Source: Bdellovibrionales bacterium (lineage in GTDB: Bacteria; Bdellovibrionota; Bdellovibrionia; Bdellovibrionales; UBA1609). Taken from it: 64,000 nucleotides of DNA. Position 1 is the first letter of the stretch. Every line of letters starts with the position of its first letter. Shown piece by piece: positions 18,458 through 27,492 of the stretch. The notes beneath the pieces were generated by a model. It did not search any database and had not been told where the DNA came from. It was given only the letters and a program-made list of their open reading frames with translations. The stretch spans positions 1 to 64,000 of the forward strand of contig JAWLHR010000005.1 of assembly GCA_041690295.1 (NCBI GenBank). The letters run 5' to 3'. The position numbers were made by a program, and so were the translations under genes.

Positions 18458-19141
18458 ATGAGAGCAATTAGCGCACTCATCATCGCATTTTTTATATCTC
18501 CGAACGTCGGGGCGGACCCGACGGTCGCGCGGATTTTGATCGAGAATGAACGCGGTGAGCTTATTTATGTTGTGAATGAACGTGCACCGTCGCTGTCAGC
18601 CATCGCCCGCGAGCTTTATGGTGACCGTCGCATGGCGGACCGGATCGCCGAATGGAATGGGCTTCCGCGCGAGAGCTGGTTGAAACGGGGTCAGGTATTG
18701 CGAATTAAAAAAGCGCCTCGTTTGAATCATGAGCAAGGTACCGATCTCTTGATCCGGTACTGGCATATCGGCCGCCGGCCTGATCTTGTGGAACGGCTTC
18801 GTGCTTTGCGTGGACATGCGCCGGCGGCTGAGACCCGACCAACAGTCGCCACAAAGCTTCCGCCCAAGCGGCGACTTCCGCCGGTGCAAGAGAAAGCTCG
18901 GCAGCAGGCTCGGGCTAAACCAAAAGGCGGAGTCATCGCTGAGGCTGGAGACGGTGAGGTCGACGGAAGCGGTGAGACGGTTGTTTTTAAGCGCCGGCCT
19001 TCGGCGACGGCGAAAGAGGACGATGACGCGAACAAAGAGCCCAAGAGTGACTCGTACTGGTTAGGTTCGTATGCTGAGGAGCTGATTCAACTGATTCGAT
19101 CGAAACTGGGTGGTGAGCGCCAAGGCGAAAATCGCAAGTGA
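18458..19141 (+). CDS. Secreted LysM-domain protein
   Basis: Signal peptide; SLSAIARELYGD...IAEWNGL....LKRGQVLRI LysM pattern; low-complexity tail. Confidence 0.8.
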   Translation: MRAISALIIAFFISPNVGADPTVARILIENERGELIYVVNERAPSLSAIARELYGDRRMADRIAEWNGLPRESWLKRGQVLRIKKAPRLNHEQGTDLLIRYWHIGRRPDLVERLRALRGHAPAAETRPTVATKLPPKRRLPPVQEKARQQARAKPKGGVIAEAGDGEVDGSGETVVFKRRPSATAKEDDDANKEPKSDSYWLGSYAEELIQLIRSKLGGERQGENRK

Positions 19142-20071
19142 TCATCTTTGCGCGTCCGATGGTTCGAAGCCAAAACCACCGCCGCCGATCGGAATCTCGG
19201 TTCTTGAAGCTTTCAGGTAATCATCAATTCCCGCCTTGATCGCGTCGGCCATTTTTCCGCGAAACTCATCGTTATTGATTTTTCCTTCATCGCCGTCCGG
19301 ACCGCCGTCGACGATGTTCCCAACTTCGACCAATACAGCGGGACACCGAGTCTCACGGAGAACGGCGATGTTACGATGAATGATTCCAAGTTCAGGGTTC
19401 ACATCCCGGCAGTCCGGCGTTCCGTCCGAGAAAAGACAGTCGCCGTCGCGACCGTGGTAATTGGATGGGGTTCTCTTAAGATCAGTTTTGATTCGCTTGG
19501 CGATATAAGCCGCGAGTTTGCGCGACTCGGCCGCACGGGCTGAACCGTCGTCGAGAATCAGTACACTGTATCCCACTTCATATTTATCCTTGAACGACTG
19601 TGAAAGTCGCACGCCACCAGTTTTTTTCTTACTCACCGGATCGACTTCGCACACGGGTTTGCCTTCTTGGAAATCGGCCAGAGTGGAATCGTGATGGATG
19701 GAGACAAAAAGATCGCAGTTGGAGGCATTAGCGATCGCCGCCCGCCCGTGAAGTGCCGAGGAATTTTTTAAACCGGCGAAAGCTCGGGGTGTTAAACTCT
19801 TCTTCAATACATCTTTTGACAAAGATGAAATTTCGACGGGCTGCCCGGGCTTGCGCGTGAGCACGGTTTTATAGTTACGATCTTTCGACATGGCCTTATG
19901 CAGCTCCATGGTCATCTCATCGTTATATTGCATTTCGGTTTTTCCGCAGGTACCCGTGGAGCCTTGATTCTCTGGATCGTGCCCCGAATCCAGGATCACG
20001 ATTGTTGGGGATTGGGCCGCGATTTCCGTGGACAGAACGCTAAGGCTAAGCAAGAGCGCGAGTGGCAGCAT
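19142..20071 (-). CDS. N-acetylmuramoyl-L-alanine amidase (Amidase_3)
   Basis: ILDSGH, E..YN, VLTR, FVSIHHD, AVLRET.CPAVLVEVG; signal peptide. Confidence 0.9.
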   Translation of the reverse strand: MLPLALLLSLSVLSTEIAAQSPTIVILDSGHDPENQGSTGTCGKTEMQYNDEMTMELHKAMSKDRNYKTVLTRKPGQPVEISSLSKDVLKKSLTPRAFAGLKNSSALHGRAAIANASNCDLFVSIHHDSTLADFQEGKPVCEVDPVSKKKTGGVRLSQSFKDKYEVGYSVLILDDGSARAAESRKLAAYIAKRIKTDLKRTPSNYHGRDGDCLFSDGTPDCRDVNPELGIIHRNIAVLRETRCPAVLVEVGNIVDGGPDGDEGKINNDEFRGKMADAIKAGIDDYLKASRTEIPIGGGGFGFEPSDAQR

Positions 20072-20085
20072 CGAGAGGCATTAAA

Positions 20086-20101
20086 TGCAACCAAGGTGCC
20101 G
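20086..20101 (-). promoter_or_regulatory. Sigma-54 promoter (amidase gene)
   Basis: CGGCACCTTGGTTGCA, GG-N10-GC; predicted +1 about 20075. Confidence 0.7.
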
Positions 20102-20188
20102 TGAGTTTTTGAATTTTCGGCTCACGACGCAAGGTTCGCTGCCCAGGGTGGTAGCAATTGTCTTAAATTTGAACAATTGAAAGCCCGC

Positions 20189-21001
20189 TTAATTGGCCGC
20201 GGGCTTTATAAACCGAAGGGTCATCCGGTCACTTTCGCCGATGGCGAGATACTTGGCGCGGTCTTTATCTCCCAGCCGTAACGTGGGTGGAAGCGTCCAC
20301 ACTCCGCTCGGGTGATCTTTTGTATCCTTGGGATTGGCGTTGATCTCGGATTTCGCATCCAATTTGAATCCGGCTTTGGTGGCGAGCTTAATCACTTCAT
20401 CTTCGGTCATGTATCCGGTCTTCTGGGGATCCGCCTTGGAGCCGGGCTTCGCGCGATGCTCAACCACGCCCAAAATTCCGCCTGGCTTTAGCGCTCTGTA
20501 AAACGCTTTAAAAGCGTCTTGCGCTTTGTCTTTCACCATCCAATTGTGAACATTTCGGAAGGTCAAAACCATATCCGCTGACGCCTCGGGGACTAAATCC
20601 GCGGGAGGAGCGAAAGTGGCTGTTTCCACCTTAAGATGGGGGTGCTTTTGCAACCACGAATGCACATGCTCGTTGGCTTTTTTTAAGTAATCCGATTCCG
20701 GCACCGGCAGGGCGGCGATGTATTTACCCTTACCGCTGATCAAGGGAGCCAGAATCTCCATATACCAGCCTCTTCCCGGAGTGATCTCTATGACGGTCAT
20801 TTCCGGTTTGAGTCCAAAGAAGGTGAGTGTTTCAGCCGGATGGCGATACTGATCTCGGGCGCGATTCGCCTCTGAGCGGTAATCCGTGTTGGCCACGGCT
20901 TCCCGGATCGTTGCGGGTGTTTTGCTCACATCGGTTTTGGGCTTCGTGTGGCAAGCGCTGATCATTAACGCGAAACTTAGAAAAAACAGGCGAAATTTCA
21001 T
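20189..21001 (-). CDS. Predicted periplasmic/lipoprotein SAM-dependent methyltransferase (COG4798 type)
   Basis: RDQYRHPAETLTFFG, EITPGRGWY, LTFRNVHNW, LKPGGILGVVEHR, GVWTLPP, IGESDRMTLRF. Confidence 0.9.
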   Translation of the reverse strand: MKFRLFFLSFALMISACHTKPKTDVSKTPATIREAVANTDYRSEANRARDQYRHPAETLTFFGLKPEMTVIEITPGRGWYMEILAPLISGKGKYIAALPVPESDYLKKANEHVHSWLQKHPHLKVETATFAPPADLVPEASADMVLTFRNVHNWMVKDKAQDAFKAFYRALKPGGILGVVEHRAKPGSKADPQKTGYMTEDEVIKLATKAGFKLDAKSEINANPKDTKDHPSGVWTLPPTLRLGDKDRAKYLAIGESDRMTLRFIKPAAN

Positions 21002-21016
21002 TCCGATCTCCAATGG

Positions 21017-21997
21017 TTATTTAAAAGGAATGCACCAGGCTTTCCAGTCGCGCAAACTCTGGTGCAGCGCACTTGTGGAGTTGTTAGGAATGAGACTATT
21101 GAAATTGGTATTTCGCGACTGTGCTTCAATCCACAAATAAACGCCCACATAAAACAGCGAAGCCAGCGCACCGGAACTGAAATCAATCCAGTCCGATTGG
21201 CCCAGCTTAAAATCAATCTCCTCGAAAATATTGGCCGTCAGGTTCAAGGCCACCGCCACACCCAAGCCTATATGGCGCGCTTTTGGGCAAACGCTCGATA
21301 TCGCTGAGTGCACTGACGCCATACCTAAGAGACCAAGATAAAAATTCGAACTGTGCAATTGGAAAAAATCCCCCTCAATCACGCCAAAATCGCGCAAAAG
21401 ATAGGATGCGTTCCAAAAAACGAGCACGGCTGGGGTGGAGAGCGCGGCAAGTTTCATCAGTTTCGTGTAAGCGTTTTGAATGTGCTTGATCTTGTGCGCT
21501 TGGATTGAGTCTTTGATGAGAGATTGTCTTCGTTCATTGTTCAGTTGGTTCATCGCGAGTTCAAACTGGCGGCGGTCGATGCGAATAAGTTTCTGTTCAC
21601 CGAGTCTTTCTAGATGCCGAATTTCGTCGGCGCTGGCCTCGCGCGAGTCATAAATGTCCAGGGGATCGCTCAGGTCGAACACATGAATTCGCCCTTTGCG
21701 ATCGGTGACGGTTAAAAGCGAGTATTTTCGTGAAATCTTGAGAGTCTTAAGGTCTCCGTAAACGCCTTGTAGATTCCGAGAGTGAGGCCAGCGCACGAAT
21801 CCCCTTGAAGGGATTGCGCTGTCATAGAGCGATCCGCGAACGGAAACTCGCGGCCACCTTCGCAGAATCGAATCCGCTGATTGAGTCCTCGAGGTGAGTT
21901 TCGGTAAAGACAGCCACCGCTCACAATCCATGGACCACGCCTTCTGTGGGCCTGTGAGCTGGGCGGCAACCAGGGCATACAACAACGTGCGATTCAC
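21017..21997 (-). CDS. Hypothetical exported/membrane protein
   Basis: 326-aa ORF, signal-like N-terminus, C-terminal TM segments. Confidence 0.65.
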   Translation of the reverse strand: MNRTLLYALVAAQLTGPQKAWSMDCERWLSLPKLTSRTQSADSILRRWPRVSVRGSLYDSAIPSRGFVRWPHSRNLQGVYGDLKTLKISRKYSLLTVTDRKGRIHVFDLSDPLDIYDSREASADEIRHLERLGEQKLIRIDRRQFELAMNQLNNERRQSLIKDSIQAHKIKHIQNAYTKLMKLAALSTPAVLVFWNASYLLRDFGVIEGDFFQLHSSNFYLGLLGMASVHSAISSVCPKARHIGLGVAVALNLTANIFEEIDFKLGQSDWIDFSSGALASLFYVGVYLWIEAQSRNTNFNSLIPNNSTSALHQSLRDWKAWCIPFK

Positions 21998-22009
21998 GTG
22001 AGATATCGG

Positions 22010-22025
22010 AGCAAGGAAAGTGCCA
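22010..22025 (-). promoter_or_regulatory. Sigma-54 promoter
   Basis: TGGCACTTTCCTTGCT near-consensus; predicted +1 about 21999. Confidence 0.75.
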
Positions 22026-22026
22026 G

Positions 22027-22656
22027 CTAAGTTGAGATGGAATCGAAGAATCGCTTGAGGGATTCATACAACGCATCGAAGGCCTTGGGATCTTCCAATC
22101 CTTTGAGCATTCCAAAAAAACCCTCATGGGCCATAACGATGAAATGAGCGGCCCTGCGCGTATTCACTTCAGGTTTGATATATCCGTCTTTTTTCGCCCG
22201 CCGTAAATGGCGATCTGTTTCAGTGATCCAAAGTTCAAGCGCGGCGCTCAGACGTTTTTTGAATCCCGGGTCGACTGGGGCCATTTCCTGCACGAGATTA
22301 TTCAAAGGGCATCCATACCTAAGATCCGCTGGAGAAGAATTTCCGATCAGTTCCTGCATCCGCTTGAGGATTCCTTGAAGAGGATTTTTGTATTGATCCA
22401 GCGGCTTGATCCATCGCTCGATGATCATGGGTGTGATCACCTCTTCGACCAAGGCGTAACCAAGGTCGAGTTTGGTGGGAAACTGATGATAAAAAGCGCC
22501 TTTGGTCAACGAAGTCCTGGCTACGATGTCGTCCACGCTGACACCTTGAAACCCGCGCGCGAAGATTTCTTGAAAAGCCGCGCCCAGTATCTCTTTGCGA
22601 GACAGCTCAAGATTACGGGTTTTCTTTTTGATGCGTTTATTCGCGGTTTTCATCAA
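22027..22656 (-). CDS. TetR/AcrR-family transcriptional regulator
   Basis: HTH GFQGVSVDDIV...LTKGAFYHQFPTK; GCPLNNL C-terminal motif. Confidence 0.95.
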   Translation of the reverse strand: MMKTANKRIKKKTRNLELSRKEILGAAFQEIFARGFQGVSVDDIVARTSLTKGAFYHQFPTKLDLGYALVEEVITPMIIERWIKPLDQYKNPLQGILKRMQELIGNSSPADLRYGCPLNNLVQEMAPVDPGFKKRLSAALELWITETDRHLRRAKKDGYIKPEVNTRRAAHFIVMAHEGFFGMLKGLEDPKAFDALYESLKRFFDSIST

Positions 22657-22686
22657 TTAAACAAATATTAGCAATTTCCTTTTCTA

Positions 22687-22715
22687 TAGACAACATACTA
22701 AATAGTATGTAATAT
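22687..22715 (+). promoter_or_regulatory. Sigma-70-type promoter with an embedded palindromic operator (probable TetR site)
   Basis: TAGACA-N17-TAATAT; perfect inverted repeat ACATACTA-AA-TAGTATGT at 22693-22710 between divergent tetR and SRPBCC genes. Confidence 0.8.
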
Positions 22716-22742
22716 GAGCCGTATAGGAGAGGGGAGATTGGA

Positions 22743-23282
22743 ATGCTTATTAAGATTGGGATCGGCTTAGTTTTGATCGTCGCGGTTTTTCTTGGGATTG
22801 TCGCGACCCGCGATGGGAAGTTTCACTACGAACGAAGTGGAATCATCGCCGCGGAACCTGAAGTTATTTTTCCGTACATCAGCGATTTCAAAAAAGGTGA
22901 TCAATGGTCTCCCTACGTGCAAATGGATCCCAATATGAAAACCACGTTTTCGGGGCCTGATGCGCAAATCGGTTCCGTCATGGAGTTCGAGGGGAACAGT
23001 CAGGCGGGGAGCGGCCGTCTTGAAATTATAAACCTCATTCCGAATGAACTTGTTGAGATCAAGTTGACCATGCTGAAGCCCATGAAAGCCGAGAACTTAG
23101 TTCAATATCGGCTGACAAAAGAGGAAGCCGGTACGCGCTTTTCGTGGTCGATGACCGGTGATGGCGGCTTTTTGGGTAAACTCATGAATGTTTTTATTGA
23201 TTGCGAAAAGATGGTCGCCGACCAGTTCACCAAAGGGATAAACAATTTAAAGGCGCTGATCGAAGGCCAAAGCGGAAATTGA
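22743..23282 (+). CDS. SRPBCC (polyketide cyclase-like) family protein
   Basis: N-terminal anchor, ERSGII.A.PE, WSPY..MDP, GNSQAGSG, F.KG..NLK. Confidence 0.88.
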   Translation: MLIKIGIGLVLIVAVFLGIVATRDGKFHYERSGIIAAEPEVIFPYISDFKKGDQWSPYVQMDPNMKTTFSGPDAQIGSVMEFEGNSQAGSGRLEIINLIPNELVEIKLTMLKPMKAENLVQYRLTKEEAGTRFSWSMTGDGGFLGKLMNVFIDCEKMVADQFTKGINNLKALIEGQSGN

Positions 23283-23283
23283 A

Positions 23284-24186
23284 ATGGGAGGGAGAATGCG
23301 ACGAATCGTACCTTGTCTTTGGTACACACGCGAAGCCGGCGAAGCGGCCGAGTTCTACAAACTCGCGCTTCCCGATACGCGAATAAAGAAGATCTCCCAT
23401 TTCGACGAAGTTCCGCCCGAAGCTGGAGGAATCAAATCCGGTGATGTCATGCTGGTCAAACTTATGATCGGCGACTCTGAAATTCATCTGCTCAACGGGG
23501 GCCCTTACTACGAGCACACGCCATCGGTTTCACTGATGGTGACGGTAGGCTCTAAGGAGGAATTAGACTTAATTCATCAAAAGCTCTCACCGGGCGGAAC
23601 TGCTTTGATTGAAATCGGCGAATATCCATTCAGCCCAAGATACACCTTTTTTTCGGACAAGTTCGGCGTTCATTGGCAGCTGATAATGAAAGAGGGTGAA
23701 AAACTAAAAGTTACGCCGACAGTGATCTTCGGAGGTGAAAAGCAGGGTTTGGGCCCCGAAGCGATGGAGCATTACCTCTCCATCTTCGCCGATAGTTCGG
23801 TACTTGAGGAGGAGAGATATAAGAAGAACGAAGGCGGAATAGAAAACTCGCTTAAATACTCGTGCCTAAAAATCGGTGAATCTGAATTAGTGATAATGGA
23901 TGCGGGGAACCCATCTCCGATGGTGTTGACCGGAGCGATTTCTTTTGTCGTGCCCTGTAAGGATCAAAATGAAATCGATTCGTTTTGGGAGAAGATCGGG
24001 GCCGAAGGAAAAGAAATCCACTGCGGTTGGATTGAGGACAAGTTCGGTGTTTCTTGGCAGGTCGTGCCTGAAAACCTGGATATGTTCATAAATGGTCCGG
24101 ACAAAGAAAAGGCCCGCCGGGCGATGCGGGCCATGTTGAAAATGGTCAAGCTGGATATGGATAAGATCCGTTCAGCTTACGGCTGA
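23284..24186 (+). CDS. Two-domain VOC family protein (PhnB/3-demethylubiquinone methyltransferase-like)
   Basis: IVPCLW, LNGGP, DKFGVHWQL, CGWIEDKFGVSWQVVP, AMLKM.KLD. Confidence 0.88.
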   Translation: MGGRMRRIVPCLWYTREAGEAAEFYKLALPDTRIKKISHFDEVPPEAGGIKSGDVMLVKLMIGDSEIHLLNGGPYYEHTPSVSLMVTVGSKEELDLIHQKLSPGGTALIEIGEYPFSPRYTFFSDKFGVHWQLIMKEGEKLKVTPTVIFGGEKQGLGPEAMEHYLSIFADSSVLEEERYKKNEGGIENSLKYSCLKIGESELVIMDAGNPSPMVLTGAISFVVPCKDQNEIDSFWEKIGAEGKEIHCGWIEDKFGVSWQVVPENLDMFINGPDKEKARRAMRAMLKMVKLDMDKIRSAYG

Positions 24187-24256
24187 ATGGCCGGATTGAA
24201 AACGAAGTGAATTGCTTTTGACGGCCTGCCGACACTGCTGTAATTGACTTCGAACT

Positions 24257-24928
24257 ATGGGCTACGGTTTCAAAAAGTATCAGCCTCTCAGCCTTCGTCT
24301 TTGGCACTGGCTCAACGCCTTCGCGATTTTGGCTTTGCTGGGCACTGTGTTGTTACGGAAGACGCTGTTAAGTTGGCGTACGAATTCGGCGTTGATCAGC
24401 CAAAAACTTAGTGACGCCGGTCATACGATTTCGCCTGAGCTCGCCCGGGATATCGCGGTCTCGATTCGCAACCCACTTTGGGACTGGCACATCAACCTTG
24501 GTTTATTGCTGAGTGTGTTGCTTCTCATACGTATCTGGATTGCCTGGCGGGTTGAGCGGACTCTACCGGGACTGGCGGGAGCCAAAATATTTTTGAACTG
24601 GAGTCGAACTCCGAAAAGTGATCGCCGGTCGGCGGCGCATTTCGCGTTGGTTAAAACCGGATACGCGGTTTTTTATCTAATGACGGCGTTCATGGTGATT
24701 TCCGGTTTGGCTCTGACATATCAGACTGAACTCGGTCTCACCAAGGATCTGACGACGGGAATCAAGGAAGCCCATGAAATTTCGATGTGGTTTTTCGTGA
24801 TCTTCATCACAGGGCATCTTGTTGGAGTTGTCGCCGCGGAAAACGGAAAAAGCGCGGGCATTGTTTCTGACATGATTCACGGTGGAGCACCCGTGCCAGA
24901 AGAAAAGAATACAAATTCCCCGCGCTAG
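24257..24928 (+). CDS. Cytochrome b/b6-domain protein (Ni/Fe-hydrogenase cytochrome b type)
   Basis: RLWHWLN, WDWH, EAHE, GHLVGV, VSDMIHG; four TM helices. Confidence 0.85.
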   Translation: MGYGFKKYQPLSLRLWHWLNAFAILALLGTVLLRKTLLSWRTNSALISQKLSDAGHTISPELARDIAVSIRNPLWDWHINLGLLLSVLLLIRIWIAWRVERTLPGLAGAKIFLNWSRTPKSDRRSAAHFALVKTGYAVFYLMTAFMVISGLALTYQTELGLTKDLTTGIKEAHEISMWFFVIFITGHLVGVVAAENGKSAGIVSDMIHGGAPVPEEKNTNSPR

Positions 24929-25016
24929 TCTAAATCTACTAAGTTTGAGATTTTCGTTTTGAATAGACTACGTGCGAAGCGTTCGGCCGGAAATTCGCCA
25001 GAAATATTGACGGCAA

Positions 25017-26216
25017 TTGGAATTTTATTTTAAGGAGAACCAAATCCTACGATTGGGGTTTTCTTTGAGATTCAAAGTCTCGCTAGTAAGTTTAGTCACT
25101 TTATTTCTCATCCAACCTTCCGCGCTTGCCCATTCAACTGATTGTTCCGACTTACTTCTGGGCACGACTTATTTGGAAAAAACGACGGAAAACATACCGG
25201 CACTGATATCAAGGATCAGGCCGGTTTATAGCGATCACCGGTTTAATGTTCGGATTTTATCGCAATCCGCTTCCCAGAACACATTCTCTCCATCGAAACT
25301 TTTTGAAAGAACGGTTCGCGAAGTCGGCACCTTGATGGACGCATTCAATGTTCTGGGGTTTTCGTTTACTTCCTATTTGCAGATTTTGGTTGAGGCTCAT
25401 CCGCATGCGATCCGTTTTTTGGGACTGTCGCCGGACTCCCATTTGAGCTGGAAAAACATTGAACTTGGGACTCCGTGGATCGGAAGTTCAAAAAGCATGA
25501 TCGGGATTCCCGGAGTGTTCGGCGGCAACAAAATTTTCGAGGGACGTCATGAGAAGGGAGATTTTGAGCGGGATCCGGAAATTTTCGTCATTCCCGCTTA
25601 CTCCGACACTTACCACTTCGTCACCAATCGATTCGTCTTGGCCCATGAGCTGGCCCATCAAACGGAAAATGTAAAATCGCACCGTGATTTGTTTTGGCGC
25701 GAGGCCAGGGCCGACTATTTGGCGTATTTGGCCACCGGGCAAACTGACTTCATTTTACCCGAAGCGGCGAATGTGAATCTCTCTAAACAAAACGGTGAGA
25801 CCTATCAGGTCAAGGTGAACCGGATCAGAAGCTTACGCCGCCCGGTCGTGGCTTCGCTCAATGAGGCCATGCCGGATTTGGACTTGTACCATTTCAACTC
25901 CCAACTGATCTCCTCGGCCATGTACGTTTTGGGTCAAAAACTGGGTGAAGGACGGATGATTGATTTCATCGACTGGATGGATCACCAAACGCCGCGGAAA
26001 AAACTCCGCCAGTTGGTCGATGAGAGCAAAATGTTGAAACCTTCAACATCGCCGGATCATGAGCTTGTCGACGGAAGGGATGTCAAAGCCGTCCGGCGCG
26101 CGGTCCGCAATCATCTGGTGGCCATAGGCATTCAGATTCGCGCATGGGCGGAACAGAGCCTAACGACCGCGGAATTCGCGGTCGTTGACGGCGTTTTATC
26201 AGAACGGGGAATTTAA
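25017..26216 (+). CDS. Secreted protein with zinc-metallopeptidase-like HExxH motif
   Basis: VLAHELAH followed by EARADY; signal-like segment; start uncertain. Confidence 0.6.
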   Translation: MEFYFKENQILRLGFSLRFKVSLVSLVTLFLIQPSALAHSTDCSDLLLGTTYLEKTTENIPALISRIRPVYSDHRFNVRILSQSASQNTFSPSKLFERTVREVGTLMDAFNVLGFSFTSYLQILVEAHPHAIRFLGLSPDSHLSWKNIELGTPWIGSSKSMIGIPGVFGGNKIFEGRHEKGDFERDPEIFVIPAYSDTYHFVTNRFVLAHELAHQTENVKSHRDLFWREARADYLAYLATGQTDFILPEAANVNLSKQNGETYQVKVNRIRSLRRPVVASLNEAMPDLDLYHFNSQLISSAMYVLGQKLGEGRMIDFIDWMDHQTPRKKLRQLVDESKMLKPSTSPDHELVDGRDVKAVRRAVRNHLVAIGIQIRAWAEQSLTTAEFAVVDGVLSERGI

Positions 26217-26220
26217 CAAA

Positions 26221-26847
26221 TCAGCGGTTCGCCAGCCGGTCACCGTCATTGATTTTGACCTGCGCCAGCTGTGTTCGAAGGCTTTGGATCATTTGAGTTT
26301 GATCCATGGATGTCACCGGTGATGTCTGAATCTTATGAATATTTGTGCGACCCGCGGGACTGAAAACGGATAAGAGCGCCATTCCATCACCAATCGCGCT
26401 GACCTCGGCTTTCACCTGACCGTTGAGAACAACTTCAATCGTGCCGTTCCTGGTTTCGCGAAGCTCGGAAACATTTTGCACCCGGCCCTCGCGATCATAG
26501 GCGGTGAACACGCTCCGGCGAAGCGGATCCATCGTGTGCGCCACATCGATGCGAAGGCCGTCTTTCTTGAAAGTTTCGTTTTTCGCCCGCACAAGAGGTG
26601 AATTGGTCCAAAACTCAATCGTGTTGTTGATCACGACGCCAAAAAGCATGGCCAACGGGTAGACGGGAATAATTATCATTCCGATGTAGAGAAGGATTCT
26701 CGGCACCATCTGAAATCGAAGATTCCAATTGGCGACTGAACGCACCAATCCATAGTTTCCCGCCATACAACCGGTCAATTGCGTGGTGGAAAAAATGGCG
26801 GCGGTCAGAGCCGCGGCGAAGCGCAGTGATTGTGGTGTCATATCCAA
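26221..26847 (-). CDS. DUF3332-like lipoprotein
   Basis: LTGC.G.YGL...V..WN, IIPVY, NNTIEFWT.SP. Confidence 0.7.
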   Translation of the reverse strand: MDMTPQSLRFAAALTAAIFSTTQLTGCMAGNYGLVRSVANWNLRFQMVPRILLYIGMIIIPVYPLAMLFGVVINNTIEFWTNSPLVRAKNETFKKDGLRIDVAHTMDPLRRSVFTAYDREGRVQNVSELRETRNGTIEVVLNGQVKAEVSAIGDGMALLSVFSPAGRTNIHKIQTSPVTSMDQTQMIQSLRTQLAQVKINDGDRLANR

Positions 26848-27004
26848 ATTCCTCCTTGAAAGATGTATTCCAGATTTTAGTTCTTAAAATTACGACTCGT
26901 AAACCAAATCCGCCGATCCGTGCGTTCAAACACATGATTTAAGGTTTTAACATGCGAAGGTTATCTGCTACCATTTCGAGCATAACAAGCTAGGAGGTAA
27001 CGTA

Positions 27005-27448
27005 ATGAAGGTCATGATCACCATGCTTTTTGCTTTGAGCTTTATGGCGATTGGATGTGCCCATAAACATCATCACCATGGTAAAGGGCATCATCATCAC
27101 GGGCATCATAAGCATTTTAAAAAGCATTGGGAAAAGATGGATGCCGATAAAGACGGCACTGTGACCAAAGCTGAGTTCGATCAGTTTCACGCGGAAAAAT
27201 TCAAAAAGATGGACGCGAATAATGACGGAAAGGTGACCAAGGAGGAGAGGAAAGCCTTCTTTAAATCGAAGATGAACAAGGATTGCGGCTGCGACAGCAA
27301 AGAAGATTGTAAATGCGGAGCGGCCGCCAAAACGGAAAGCTGCGGCTGTGGTGACGCAAAGGCCGAAGCTTCCGGCAAAACCGCGACTCCGGATAAGTCG
27401 GCGAAATCCGACACCGATAGAAAGACAAAAGAGAAAAAATCCAATTAA
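27005..27448 (+). CDS. Lipoprotein with His-rich tract, EF-hand pair and Cys-rich tail
   Basis: Lipobox AIGC, HKHHHHGKGHHHHGHHKH, DADKDGTVTKAE and DANNDGKVTKEE, CGC...CKC...CGC; GGAGG RBS. Confidence 0.85.
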   Translation: MKVMITMLFALSFMAIGCAHKHHHHGKGHHHHGHHKHFKKHWEKMDADKDGTVTKAEFDQFHAEKFKKMDANNDGKVTKEERKAFFKSKMNKDCGCDSKEDCKCGAAAKTESCGCGDAKAEASGKTATPDKSAKSDTDRKTKEKKSN

Positions 27449-27454
27449 GTTCTT

Positions 27455-27491
27455 ACATCAAGCCGAACCGTTCCTGGGTTCGGCTTGATGT
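27455..27491. terminator. Hairpin between convergent genes (probable bidirectional terminator)
   Basis: Perfect 15-bp stem ACATCAAGCCGAACC / GGTTCGGCTTGATGT. Confidence 0.8.
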
Positions 27492-27492
27492 C

